From: Eledone cirrhosa
Lineage: Eukaryota
Length of the DNA stretch: 64,000 nucleotides
Reading direction: 5' to 3'
NCBI GenBank assembly: GCA_964016885.1
Contig: OZ024740.1
Location: forward strand, 333,622,001-333,686,000
Numbering within the stretch: the stretch's first letter is position 1; the number at the start of each line of letters is the position of its first letter. A model generated the notes under the pieces. It searched no databases. It had not been told where the DNA came from and saw only the letters and a program-made list of their open reading frames with translations. Of the stretch, positions 14,142 to 27,957 are shown piece by piece. The translations under genes and the position numbers were made by a program.

Positions 14142-14406
14142 TTACTTACATTTCTCCCTTACCCTTATAAGTTCCCTTTCTCTCTTCTATTGTACTCTCC
14201 TCTCACGTTCACTATGTATCTACACGTCAGAAACATCTACCTACTGTATTTGCTACAAGATTAACGTATCTACTTTTCTTTTTACTATCTATTCTTCTGT
14301 CCATTTTCCTTATTTATTTATTTATTTCTATTAGTATCAACCATGATACATCTTTTAAATATGTCTTTTTGTTTTACATTTTATTTGTATATTTTAGTGC
14401 TTGTAA

Positions 14407-14456
<50 letters not shown>

Positions 14457-14497
14457 GATATTAAATAAATGGAAACTATATTTATAAAACCATATTT

Positions 14498-14561
14498 ATT
14501 TCATTATATATATTTCAGGGATATCATATTAAAAATATGGTATGCCTTCATCAGACAAAAT
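14498..14561 (-). ncRNA. Type I hammerhead ribozyme (inverted-arm copy)
   Basis: Reverse complement of 14642-14705 with one substitution. Confidence 0.75.
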
Positions 14562-14641
14562 ACAATATAAACAGTCTTATAAATAGATAGATTTGACATA
14601 CCTTACACTTCAACTTCCATTTATAAGACTGTTTATATTGT

Positions 14642-14705
14642 ATTTTGTCTGATGAAGGCATACCATATGTTTAATATGATATCCCTGAAATATATATAAT
14701 GAAAT
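14642..14705 (+). ncRNA. Type I hammerhead ribozyme
   Basis: attttgt-CTGATGA-aggcataccatat...atatgatatccct-GAAA-tatata-TA^atgaaat; stem I has two GU pairs, stem II has two mismatches. Confidence 0.78.
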
Positions 14706-16445
14706 AAATATGGTTTTATAAATATAGTTTCCATTTATTTAATATCGTAAATATACTCCAAATTCTTGTTGAGTGCTTTTATATCAGTTATAAATATTTA
14801 CTCGTTGTAACCCAACAATTTAAATAAAACTTTGCATATATATATATATATATATATTATGGAATACTGTTGGCTTTTCGCTACAATGTTTTCTATACCT
14901 TTCATTTATATATATATATATATACAGAGAGAGATACAATTGTATACACACGTATGAGAATAAAATATTTACGCGTCTGAGTGTGTATTCATATACATAC
15001 TGGCAAATAGATGTACATTCACGCAAACGGGCACACAAAGAAGAGCACACACACACACACACATACAAACACGCACGCACATACCCCCCCCCCCCCACAC
15101 ACATATACATATATATATATATGAATGTAGCAAAAAAATATATATATGTTAATGTGAAAAAGGAAAAAGGTCAAAAAATTGCATGATCTAGTGTAAGAGA
15201 GCAGATATATGCACAATGTGATTTATTGCAATACAAAATATGCTGTATTAAAAAGAAAAACTGACAGCATACAATGCTGTAAGGAAACGAAAAAAGAAAG
15301 TAAGTGGAAAGTACGAAAAAGAGTAAGAAAAAGGAATTAAGCACCGAAAGAGAGCGCTACGTTTGGTTTCAAGTTTCAGTTATGGCCAATACATCAGAAT
15401 TTGCACGGTGGTGCAGAATGTGTGGTTGAGCGATCAAAGCAGTGACCTACACATTCGGGCGCCTTCTTGTACTGTGTGTGAACATCAATAAGTAATATTC
15501 ATACACCCATACGCACACACATACACACACACACACACACATCCCTCCACACACAGTCGAAATTAGGATAGTTCATTCATAACGTATTGTATGTAAACTC
15601 ATGTTTATGTATGTTTCAATATGTAAACGTCTAACCACTGCCCTAGTGCTACTGCCCATCATATATGTGTGTCGGTAGGTGTCTGTCTATGATATTGCTT
15701 TTACATACTCCACATCTAGTGGGCTGGTTTTTTTTTCAGAATTTGTGCATTCGCTGAAGAAAAGTACTTATATTAATCATCACTCAAATACAAACCACCC
15801 CAAAAGAAACAAATTCCTAGTCAGTTTACATTGTAAAACGTGCATTGGTTTGCTACGTGATAAATGTTATGACAAATATTCATGCACACAATGTTGAGTA
15901 TTAGAAAGTCTTAGAACATGTTAGTATATCATATATATAATATATCTGCAGATAGATGTGTGTGTATATATATATTTATATATACAGAGAAAGTTATTTA
16001 GATAGACACATAAGATATACATAGATAGGTAAATATGTAGCTTGTTAGTCGTATAGATAGAGGGAAAAACGTTTATTTGATGAAATTATAAGCATTTACT
16101 ATGACGCATAGATGTAATTATATATTGTTTTATATAATTATATATTGTTTTATACATATTCAGATATATATTCCTATTTATCATAATGTTTCGTTCCCTC
16201 TCATCAATTTATGTTTATATTTATTTCGCCTTCAGCTTCGTTCCTTTCACTATCTACACACCACATGTTCGCTATTTCACCTTCGAACGCCTTTACGTCC
16301 TTCGGGACATACTCTGTATTTTCTTTCCAACTCCCTCAATAAGCTACCATCTTGAAAATCAATGTACATTGATTCTACTAGTAAAACTATTTATTATACA
16401 GGGAAAGATTTATTTGTCTCAAATTATTTATAATTTCTTTTAGAA

Positions 16446-16639
16446 AATAATTGTTTTCACTTTTGGCACAAGGCCAGCAATTACACAGTGCATTACTGGT
16501 ATTTTATTTTATCGACCCGGTAAGGATGAAAGGCAAAGTTAACCTCGGTGGGATTTGAACTCAGAATGGCGAAGACCGTAACTCCATGCGTCAAAGCATG
16601 GCGTCCAACCCTCTACCGATACCGCCAATTCACCACCCT
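16446..16639 (-). mobile_element. tRNA-derived SINE, family A
   Basis: Reverse complement of the family A sequence. Confidence 0.88.
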
Positions 16640-17094
16640 TTCAGAAAATAATGTTATTGTAAATTTATTCATACCACAACGTTAATAGGTATATTTCCCC
16701 ATTAATATTTGTAATGCAACCAATATATAGTTCATCAATCCCTAACATCTACACTCGTCATTGGGGTAAGAATCATATATATATTGGTTCTGGTGTTTTC
16801 TAATATTAGAATATTCTCCGTCGCTTCTCTTAATGTCATTCCGATGTGTGGCTGTCTTTAGCATATGAAAACACAACCTGTGTTTTAGCCACTCGAATAA
16901 ATGTACGACCCAGTATGGTCTATATAAGTAAATAACGGGGTCTCTTAATTGGCGACTTTTAATTGTAAGAAACAGAAATAGTCCTGTAAGTCCCACATTT
17001 AATTAAATTAGATTCTCGTTTCTACTTGAGGTATTGCGTACTCTAATTATGCCTCTCCACTATTCTATGAAGGAATACGATTGACATAGCTCAA

Positions 17095-17240
17095 GAATGG
17101 GTGCGTGGTGAAAATGTGCGCTTTGCAACAACGTGGCCGCCACTGGGTGATAACATGCTAAGTGGTGTTTTACTACAACTTCGTCTTGACTAATGTCTTG
17201 TGTTTGAAATTAGGTAGATGAAAACTGCAAGAGACCATCG
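17095..17240 (+). mobile_element. Highly decayed SINE of a different family, ending in a microsatellite tail
   Basis: gtgcgtggtgaaaatgtgcgctttgcaac...ggtagatgaaaactgcaagagaccatcg(ta)n resembles octopus SINE 3' ends (from recollection, not searched). Confidence 0.4.
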
Positions 17241-17262
17241 TATATATATATATACGATGGAC

Positions 17263-17335
<73 letters not shown>

Positions 17336-19204
17336 TGTATATATATATATACATAAATACACACACAAACACGTAAGAACGTACAAATAAACAGGCATTT
17401 ACAGACGAACAAACGTACGTTAATCTTGTTTGTGCGGTATACATGAAATCGCTTGCATACATAACAGTATGAGGATATATGTGGGTTTAAATTAGAATTT
17501 CTTTTCTCTTATCATTTTCAGAAGAATCCTATGAGGTATATTTTAATCACGTTTCAAATCTAAACGCCGCCACATATTAACAGGCACTTACGCATCTCAA
17601 TAATACAGAATTATTGATTTTTTAAAAACACGATTGTCATTTCATTTGGGTAAACATCTGCATTACTACTTGAAGGAAAATTCTGAAATGTCTGATGACT
17701 TTATTAAATCTTGACTTAATTTTAGTTAAAAGTCAATTTTGCTTTTTTACGAAATGACGTTATATGTTTTTCCAATATTTGTTTGAAATAAAAATAAAAA
17801 AAAAACAATTATAGCCTACATAGTAGAATAGGTAAAGAAGTAAGAAAATGTATAAATAGAGAAATCTATCTTCCACGTATCCACATAAAATGTTCAGTTG
17901 TATAGCTGCTGAGAAAGAGGCTATACATATGTTGCTGCTATGGATCTTACTACAACTACTGCTAACAATGGGCATGTGACTCTTCAAGCTTCATTCATTA
18001 TTCCCATATATACTGCTTCATGGGGAAAAGTCTAACGCTACACTACTTAAGTATAGTGTTCTGCAGCGTCTCTCAAATTCGAAATATATTTGGAATAAAT
18101 GTTTTAACGTAATTACCCGTCTCAGTTAAATTTCTTAAACATTCTTATATTTAATATATAGCTACTAAAACATAGCTTTGGATAAACAGCTGTCTAAACT
18201 GAGATGTACCGACACGTACACACACAAACACACACACACAGACCTCCCCCCCCCCCCCCCCCACACACACAGCTGTACAGTCATTTGCAGTTCTATAAGA
18301 ATAAAGTCAAATGTTCATTTCATATCTTATATATCATCTTTTGTTTTAACTTAGAAGCATTTATATATTTATCTATATCTAGGTGGTAGTGTTATTTTGT
18401 TTTCTTCTGAATCTAACAATCTGCGCCATTATACGAAGTGTGATAATACTATATTCTGATAGCTTTTTCAATCTAAATATCAATATGTGATATTCAATAT
18501 AGGTTAAAATACTACCTTCATATATATTCAATAAATAATCGTTTAACACATATGAAGGGTTTCTAATGTTATTTTATTCAGAAAATATATATATACTTCA
18601 TTGACCAGAATCATCGCTGCATCTTTGTGCGGAGAGGGAACATCTAATTCTGGTATAAGTAATCCCACTTCACATAGACATACCGGCTAATGCTTCCAGG
18701 GAGAGGACAATATACTTAAAGAGAGATAAACAGCAAGAGAAGTAGATTTGTGCTATATTCATGAAGCCCGAACATTTTTACGAAACCCGGAAAGCAGGAA
18801 CAAATAGCCCAAGTCAGTCAATTTTACTCACTGACTAATTTGCCAATTGCTTGATGTTCGATGAAATAAATATAAGTAGAATAATGTTTATCTCCTAGGA
18901 CATGTTTCGATCTCAGGAAAGTCAATTAATAAAGAATATGTAATGACGCAAACCAAATGAATATTGCTATGTGAGGCGTATTTTGTGATATTATTTCCAA
19001 ATTATTTAAAAAGATACTATGTTCACGGATTAATTGATAAAAATATGATTGCAGCATGTGCAGTAATAAATAATGCATGATTATAGGAACTACATAGTTT
19101 CTTTCAAAAATTGATATTGACATGTGACAGTGAGGGATGTAACTTTGAAAGTCTCAAGCAGTGTTAAATGCTCATCATTATCAATATTTTAATGAGTGTG
19201 ATTT

Positions 19205-21730
19205 TATTTTCACAGGTTGAAATATGCCTTTCAAAGGGAAAATGTTAATAGGCTGAAACCTGCTTCTTAATGCAATTAACTTTCAGAGGTTACACATTGC
19301 TTCCTCTCCTTCACACACTCATTATATATAGTCATAGGCTGGAATCATCTTGTCAAACAATATTATTTTTGCTGGATGAAATTGTCATACTCCGATGCGG
19401 AATCATTCTCCGTAAAAAAAAAATCCATTGCAAATGTTGAGCAAACAATCGAAGCAAACAATCATCCACAAATTGAAACTTCTTTTCCAAAGACAGAAAC
19501 AGAATTAACATGCTGAAAATATTTCTCAGACGGAAACTTCTACACAAAGAAACCGATATACATATGTTACTTGTTTTCCTTTTTTCAAAAGAGAATGATT
19601 TCTCGGGCTACAACATGCTTCGCATAGTAATAAGCATTCAGAAGCTGAGAAACGTTTTCCAAAACAAAATAGTTTCATAGACTGACTCCTTCGCAAGAAA
19701 AGAACTACTGGTTGGAAAAAATATATCACTCGCAGAAAACTGTTTCTTAAATGGAAAGTATGTTAACACGCTGAATTAGGCTTTTCAAATTAAAACCCAT
19801 TCGCAGGCTAAAACATAGGTATGAAGTGACAAAGTAGCATAATCTGAAACATAAATCTCAATGCAAAAGCAGTGTCACAGTTCCAGATACTAAAACATGA
19901 AAACTGAATAGATAAATAAAAAAAAAAGCAATGCATGCTGAAATAGTTGTCAGAAAGGAGAACAGTTTAACAGTCTAAACACCTTTCCCAAATGTAAAAA
20001 TGGTCTCAAATGCTGAAACATAATATAGAAATGATATCAAACGTTCACATGACAAACCGTGATCCCGAAAGAAAACGTTTTCCCTCAGGCTGAAAGCTGC
20101 TTTGCAAATTAAAAGAAAATAGGTGCTCATGGTCTGAAACCTTTTTCGTGGAGGAAAACATGGGCAAACACTATATACTATCTGAAGTCAAAGGAAAGTA
20201 AATGGGAAAGTAAATGGAAGGAAAATATTAATTGGCCGGAAATAGCTTCTCAAGAAAAAAATTTTCCGACATAATCTGAAAAAAACCTTTTCAGACATAA
20301 TGGAAACACTCTCACAGACTGATATTTGCTTCTCAAACGAAATAATTTACAGAGGCTGAGACCTTTTCTGAAAGGAAAAATATCTATCTAGCTGCATCAG
20401 ACACTTGCTTTGGACATGAAGCTATTTTCACAGATTGAATACTACCAAACACAAAAAGTACTAAATATTAGTAATAATAAATCACTGCTGTGAATGCTAT
20501 TTCGATAACAAAAAACAAATGTTTCCTCAAACAAATATATTTTCCTCAAACAACTATGCTTTTAAAAATAGAATGTACTCATAGGCTTAATCCTGTGTAC
20601 GAAAGGAAAATCTGTCCCAGGCTGAAAGTTGCATCTCTATGCAAAACGCACTTCTCAAACAATATTTATCTATATACGAAAATGTTTTCTCAAATGGCAT
20701 ATCTTAAACAACCTGAAAATATTTCATAAAGAAAATATAAAATTCATTCTATGGAAACTGCTTCCCAAATACAACACATCACATGTAAAATTTTACTATA
20801 TAAAGGAAATTATTTCCACTCGGTGAAACGAGCTTCTCGTAGGAAACGAATTCACAGGCTCAAAAAACTTGTTACTCAAGTGAAAACAAATTTCACAGAC
20901 TGAAACCTACTTTACAAAAGAGAAATAATTGATTGACTTAAACCTGCTTCTCAAAGGAAAACATTTTCGCATAAAGGAATTGCATGTCAGATTAAAACAC
21001 TTTCACAAATGAAGCGAGTTTCTCTATGGACAAAGAAATTTCACAGCAACATAATATTCATGGGTTAAAATGTTCTTCTCAAAGGAAAATAAATAGCAAG
21101 TGAATATATGTTTCTTAAATGAAATAATTTCTACAGGTTGAAAAGTTGTCCGAAGCAAACCAGAACATTTCTTTTAACATAACTTGCACATGCACATAAA
21201 TCTTCTGAAAATAATTGGATCTTCACATGCGGAAGCGGGTGATTCTCACAATGTAAATTGCCTTCTAATTACAAATTTCTAACGGGATGAAGTTATACAA
21301 AATAATAAACTTCATGGAGAGGAACATGATTCTCAAAGGAAGAATGTTTTTCCTAAGCAACAGTTTCTTCCTTACTGGCAGGAATGCACACAGATTAAGG
21401 TATTCTTAAACCACGCTTATACAAGGAATGTAGTGTGCAAGCTGAAAGCTTTTTCTCGAAGTTAAGATTTTTCACAAGCTGAAACTTTCTTCTCAAAGGA
21501 AAAGAAATTCCTGTAGTTACAACAAGTTTCTCGGAAAAAGAAATCTCTATATGCTGACGCCTGCTTCTGAAACAGAAATTATTCACATGTGATGGCATTC
21601 TTCACAAAACACCAGCAAAAAGTGTGCATTTCACAGAGTTAATCTTATCGTTGAAATGAATAGAATCTCTAGTAGGTAAAACTCAATAATCAATGAAAAA
21701 TGTCCAAACTAACTCCTACTTCAGACTCAC
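19205..21730. repeat. Old degenerate tandem array, unit ~36-37 bp, consensus roughly TTTCACAGGCTGAAACCTGCTTCTCAAAGGAAAA
   Basis: Recurrent cacaggctgaaa / cttctcaaaggaaaa motifs at ~36-bp spacing (e.g. 19210-19270, 20850-20965, 21470-21505). Confidence 0.7.
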
Positions 21731-21816
21731 ACACACCCACACCCACACACACTCATACACACACAGACCCACACACACTCATACACACACGCACACACAC
21801 GCACACACACACACAC

Positions 21817-21905
<89 letters not shown>

Positions 21906-21942
21906 CATACACACACACACACACACACACAAACTCACACAT
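21727..21942. repeat. (CA)n microsatellite
   Basis: Long CA run. Confidence 0.97.
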
Positions 21943-22678
21943 AAACACAGGTGTATGTGTAGTTGAGTGCGGCTTTTTTTGCGGTGTGCTTTTCAGTTAT
22001 TATGCTGAGGATTTTAGTGACCATTATGTCGCTATACTGCCAATGATTGAACATAACTAATTCTCTACAAACCTATTTCAAAATTTGTACAATTTCTCCA
22101 AAACTTAAAACAATTATATTTTGCCCAATTTCTCTCGCTATGAGTTATTAAATATATGTAGAACATAGACGTTTTTTAAAATTTTATTTCAGAAAATAAA
22201 ATGTATTTCACTGAAAACTGTAAACAGTAAACTAGAGAGGATACGAAAAAGCTATTTTTGTGCTTGTTTCATCCAAAAGCATTTACTAAAGAAATGGTCA
22301 TCGCATGCATCCAATATGAAACCTATAATTTACATAATTTTGAAAACTATAGATTTTCTCGGCTAAAACATGATACAGATTGCAAAATGCTTCAACAGCC
22401 TAATGTGTTATGAAAGATATCAATGACACCACACAACACTCGACATTCAAATTTAAATATCATTTAAGAGATATGATTTTATTTCCCTGCGGTCTGATTT
22501 CTCAACCAAACACCTCATCATGAAACGCATCAACACTAGGTTTAAAGTATACGTTACACATGGTAGTAATTTCGGTATATTTTAATTATGTGAAAACCTT
22601 AACACGTTAAAATTAAATACGTACCATGGCATAATCACGTGTTTCTGGAGTTGTTGCAGACGATTATACGGAATCATG

Positions 22679-22870
<192 letters not shown>

Positions 22871-23174
22871 AGTAATAATAATAAATTTGAAGACTAAAAT
22901 CCAAAGAGGGCTCGATAAAGACAAATATATATCAAATATATAAGAACCGTAGAGCAAATATTTATTAAAATAACAGATCAAAGTTTAAGCAAAGAATCGC
23001 TGCTTTTACCCTTAACGGGATCTTCTGAAACTCATATATATATGTATGTATGTATGCATGTATGTATGTATATAAGTGAATTATGTGCAATAGACATTAG
23101 AATAATGCATACATCAATACAGGTAAATACAGAAAAGATGAAGTAAAAATAATTCATTTTGCATATTCTTTATA

Positions 23175-23596
23175 TTTTTATTAAATAATTGTTTTTACTT
23201 TTTGGCACAAGGCCAGCAAAAACCCAGTGTATTACTGGTACTTTATTTTATCGACCCCGTAAGGATGAAAGGCAAAGTTAACCTCGTCGGGATTTGAACT
23301 CAGATCATAAAGGGAGCTAACTCTATGCTTCAAAGCATGGTGTCCGACTCTCTACCGATACTGCCAATCTACCGCCCTAATATTTTTATTAAATGATTGT
23401 TTCTACTTTTTGCACAAGGCCAGCAATTATCCCAGAGTATTACTGGTACTTTATTTTATCGACGCTGTAAGGATGAAAGGCAAAGTTAACCTCGGCGGAA
23501 ATTGAACAGGGAAGTACCTCTATGCTTGAAAGCATTTTTATTAAATAATTGTTTCTACTTTTGGCACAAGGCCAGCAATTACCCAGTGTATTACTG
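23175..23596 (-). mobile_element. Three tandem SINE family A copies (full, internally deleted, 3'-only)
   Basis: Units start ~23175, ~23383 and ~23535, each preceded by tttttattaaat. Confidence 0.85.
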
Positions 23597-25599
23597 AATA
23601 GTACATGTTTAGTATCTTAGGACATATAAGAGTAAAATCGTTTGCAGCCAGTACCATACCATATGGTATGGTACTGGCTGCAAACGATTAGCAACATTGA
23701 TAGTGGTATATTTTTTCTCCGAAAACAGCGGCATATTAACACAACTGTGAATACTAAGTAGTGATTGCTTCTTAAATGTATTGATTAACATTGCAGATAA
23801 AGACATCCCTATCGAGGGACAGAAAGCAAATTCTCTCGTGAAGAGTTTAACGAAATGTTAATATAAAAATAATATATAACAATCTGTAAGTTCGAAATAT
23901 ATAATATTCTTATTTATTTATTCCTGTAGTTGTTATGGAATTTATTGTGAATGATTCATTTACAGATATAATTGCAACATACCAAAATTGTTATTTAAAT
24001 TGCTTCTTTCCATTATTGTCAGAGAGGAGTAAGATGCATAAACATAATACAAAGAATAGGCTATTTAAGTGTATGAAGTAGCATGACTTTTATGGAAAAT
24101 TGTACAATAATACACAACATCGAATTCAGATATATAGAAAAACAGATAGGAATTCAGCAAAGGGCAATTATGTATTGTGGTGAATCAGTGTTATTGATAA
24201 GCTTCTGCTACATTACAAAGTGTATCTTCTTGGTTTGAGAAATGTGTACCACTGTCATATTTGAGGTAGACTTATATTATGATAGTATACTATATAGTTT
24301 TGCTTTGTTATGTTATTTGTATATTGTTTCTCAATCGATGTTTTAATATTTCATCTGCTCTGGAGAATTGTACGAGAATTATGTATGGTAATAGTTGAAA
24401 GGGTAATGTGGGGTGTTTAACTGTCAGGCAGTGATTACGTGGTTTTCCTGAGGAATGGTGTTTCTATGGGTTTACAAATATCATGTAAATATTTATAAAT
24501 TATATATATATATATATATTTTTAATGTATTTAAAAAAATAATATGGTGAAGGAGTCTGTCACCATTGTAGTTTTGATTACTCAAAATTTGTTGTTGTTT
24601 TTTTCTTTACTAGTAATAATGTCATGATTCTTTTTCACATTTCCTATCATAGATGTAGATAGTACACTTTAATTCTGGTATAGTTAACGCCTCTCCTATT
24701 GTCTTGCAGTAGGTTTCAAATTGTATTATGTTACGTTTAAACCGGTAGTTTACATACGTAACACATATCTTGTGTTTTCTTTGCGAAATATTCGCATTTT
24801 ATTGGTAGGTGATTATACATCTTTTTTTTTATTGCTGTTGTTTATTGGTGCTATTATTGCCATCGTCACTTTCGCCGCAGATCTTTTATTATTTTCGTTG
24901 TCATGGTTGTACAGTACATTATATTTGTAAAGTGGACTCAATATGTATGTATTTGTGTGTATTTTGAAAGTTCTGTTTTAGTACGAATATTAGCTGTGAT
25001 TTCCCATTGCAAATATACGTGATATATGACGTGTCCAGCGTGTCTAGCTTTTCAACATCGATTGACACATTGAATTCTATATATTTAAACACTTTGTCAT
25101 ATTGAAATAGTTCGTTCTGTTGAAAAGATGTGTTTAACATGAGCACATAAATAAATTAATTAAGTGATTAATATATTAAAGAACAAATAATTTCATGGTT
25201 GTAGAAAATTCGTATTTAACCTGCTATATTCATCTGATGAAGCTGACGCATCATTTTATTTTAAATCCTAAGCAAATTATATATGTATGAACTGTGCATT
25301 GGCTAGGACATACATGTATTAGTGAGATTAAAATGCGTAAATGATGTCCAAAACTATGTTTAGATATCAGTGGAATTATCATACGTTAGGGTATATGATT
25401 ACACAAGCAACATCACAAAAAATAAAATATAGATATAAAGAACATTCTTAGGAATGATTCTTAGGAAATGATTCACCTTCTACAAGGTGTCTTACAGGAC
25501 CCACCTTTCTCACACATATTGTTTCTCCTCTACACAATATATTTGTGTATATATCTAAATGAAAATCTGATGGTATAAGGTTGTCGCCATGAGTAGAAA

Positions 25600-25925
25600 A
25601 GATGAAACAGTTCCCTCGTCTGGGATGCCACTTGCAGCGACACTTTCTCCAGCCGCAACTTGGTGCAGTCTGCGACTAACCCAGGTTCTGCTGCACGTCG
25701 GGAGGGCAATCTCTCTAAATAACGGTCGCTCTCCGACAGGTTTGCGGTCGTGCTCTTGGCAGTGGAGACTTCAGTGTCCTTGGCCCTTGGGCCCCCCTCT
25801 ATTCACCACCATAGGGGCTGAGCTGACCAGCCGCATGTGTGATCCTAGTGAGATGGAATCGCTCTTTCACCGCATCTCCCGTACCGCCCTCTTGGGAAAC
25901 GCCTTCTCCATTCTGTCCGCCAGAG
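25600..25925 (+). mobile_element. CRE-like non-LTR retrotransposon fragment, C-terminal restriction-like endonuclease region
   Basis: WDATCSDTFS, SATNPGSAA, AVETS, LFHRISRTALLGNAFSIL; frameshifted; GC-rich island. Confidence 0.7.
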
Positions 25926-26565
25926 TTGTGGGGAGGCCAGCACGTGGGACCCCATTTGCTCACCATACAGAGAGAAGGGGAGGGCGAGAGAGATGGCGGC
26001 GTTGACAGTGAGATTCGGCTCTTCCACGTTCGGACAATATTCTTGTGTTTGTGATTAAGTAGCTTGAACTGGATTACATGTTACCAGTAGATTATCTTCA
26101 CATTACCAACGCTAATAGTCATGGGATTCCTTATTGATGTCTACTTTTCAATTGCAGTATATTCTTACCTTTTTAAAAAGTGATGAAACGATTAATACTC
26201 AAGAGTGAAAGCGAAGAAATTCCATGGAAATATGAAATCAGTCAGATTTAAAAATTGGGATAGTTATACAGATGGGACATTAAGAAGATGACATACTATA
26301 GGGAGTTTATTGATCTTTGTAAAATAATTTTAGAGGTACGAGCTTCAGCTTAAAACGGAAATATACAATTTCTGATGCAGGGTGATTAGGAATATATTGC
26401 CCGTAGTTTCACTAAAGAAGACACTGAGAAAACAACTGTCATTTTTAATTGCTGTAATTGTGTAACCGATTACCTAATCTTTGAAATCTACAGCTGATGA
26501 CGTAGCCAAAATCGTACGTCATGATATCATGATGTAAACCAGGCCATAAAAGTATGTATTGTGTA

Positions 26566-26800
26566 TGCGGCGGCGGTGGCGGCTGCAGCCACCTTCTCGA
26601 AGGCGGCTGCGGTCGGCGTCGCCGCCGGCAACGTCAACTCGGCTACGGCTATCCCGTCCAGTACGAGAGGAACCGAGGGATCAGAGCAATGGTTTGCGCG
26701 CTCGCTCGATAGAGCGGTGGTGCCAGGCAGCCTCTGAGCGATAACGGCTGAACGCCTCTAAGTCGGAACCGTAGACGGGCCGGAGTTGTACCATCGAGGG
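26566..26800 (+). pseudogene. Dispersed 28S rRNA fragment (sarcin-ricin loop region) preceded by a GC-rich hairpin
   Basis: cagtacgagaggaacc at 26659-26674 and ggctgaacgcctctaagtc at 26746-26764 are conserved LSU motifs at plausible spacing. Confidence 0.85.
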
Positions 26801-26880
26801 CTTTTTCTTAATCCATCATAAATAACCGGAATGACATGATCTACCAAATAGTTAAACAAATTCCATGAATGTTACATATA

Positions 26881-27092
26881 TAAGCGCCGAAAAATATTTG
26901 ATCAGTAGTAAACAGCTGATGAAGGGATACTTTTCTTCTCTTGTTTACGTCCCGTTTACCTTCTAACAGATTGTTTTCAGAAACCAGACAGCGTAGTTCC
27001 TCACCTGTAATTTATGTATTTACTGCTGTGACCTCCCTGCCTATATTGCTCGATTTGCGTTTCGGGTCGACTCCCTCTTTTCTCTCTCTCTG

Positions 27093-27153
<61 letters not shown>

Positions 27154-27706
27154 CTCTATCTCTCTATCCATTTGATTGTTTTCGGCCTGGTCACACGTGT
27201 CGTAAAATGTTTTGAATTAACTCCGTTTTCCTTCTCCCCCCTCTGTATCTGTCCCTCTTGAACACCCCCAATCACTTCCGGTTCCTCCGTCTTTCTCTTT
27301 ATACCCTCACTTTACTCACATCACCACGAAAAAAACTTGCTCAGGTGTTATCACCGCTAACGGGCTTATACCCATCGGCGTACTATAAATTACTCCACTT
27401 TCTCTTCGATTACTTTACACACATGTGCCATTGTCCTGTGTCCCAACTTATATCAGTAGGTTTACTTCGTCTTTTCCTCTTTTCCTTTGTTTCATCTTCC
27501 TCTCTCTTCACTCTTACTTCTTTCCCTCATGGTATTTTCATGGATAAAAGGCAATGGGCGCGCTACAGAACGATGTTCTGTTTTAAGTGCCGAAACATCT
27601 ATGATCTGTAGTAAACAGCTGATGAACCGATACTTTTCGTCTCTTGTTTACCTTCTAACCCATCGTTTTCAGTAACGACACAGCTTAACTCTTCCCCTCT
27701 AATTTA
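26881..27706 (+). mobile_element. Element with diverged ~125-bp direct terminal repeats (26881-27014 and 27584-27706), ending in (TA)n
   Basis: taag(c/t)gccgaaa...gatc.gtagtaaacagctgatgaa...gatacttttc.tctcttgtttac occurs twice. Confidence 0.65.
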
Positions 27707-27733
27707 ATATATATATGTCTATATATATATATA

Positions 27734-27779
<46 letters not shown>

Positions 27780-27879
27780 TACTGAAGTTTCCGTTGAAAA
27801 TTGAAATAGTCATAGGAGTGAAGGGTGCTCTATGTAAGCACCAGAGCAAAATTTAATGTATAATAAACAATACAAAATA

Positions 27880-27957
27880 ATTACCTCATTACCAGAGGTT
27901 TCCCGAATAAGACGAATACGAAAAAAACGTCCTCATTCGTTCGTCGGACAAGGTAAT
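27880..27957 (-). ncRNA. Hammerhead motif with CCGACGA core (minus-arm copy)
   Basis: Reverse complement of 32755-32832. Confidence 0.7.

Larger units (their letters stand above)
14454..14836 (+). mobile_element. Miniature fold-back element: arms 14454-14584 and 14619-14749, tail 14750-14836, (TA)n flanks, HHR in each arm
   Basis: ~130-bp nearly perfect inverted arms with a 34-nt spacer. Confidence 0.85.

Noticed and set aside
19205-21730. CRISPR-like array
   Set aside because: Units are degenerate and contiguous, no unique spacers, no cas genes, eukaryotic context
22990-23032. Minus-strand CAGAAGA-tccc gttaa gggt-AAAA motif in a TA-flanked fragment
   Set aside because: Two core positions are altered; too degenerate to call
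25229-25291. ttcat-CTGATGA-agct...agc-AAAT...atgaa HHR-like motif
   Set aside because: GAAA strand is lost; at best a dead ribozyme
26488-26522. CTGATGA...aaaatcgtacgtc
   Set aside because: No stem I or stem II pairing and no G12
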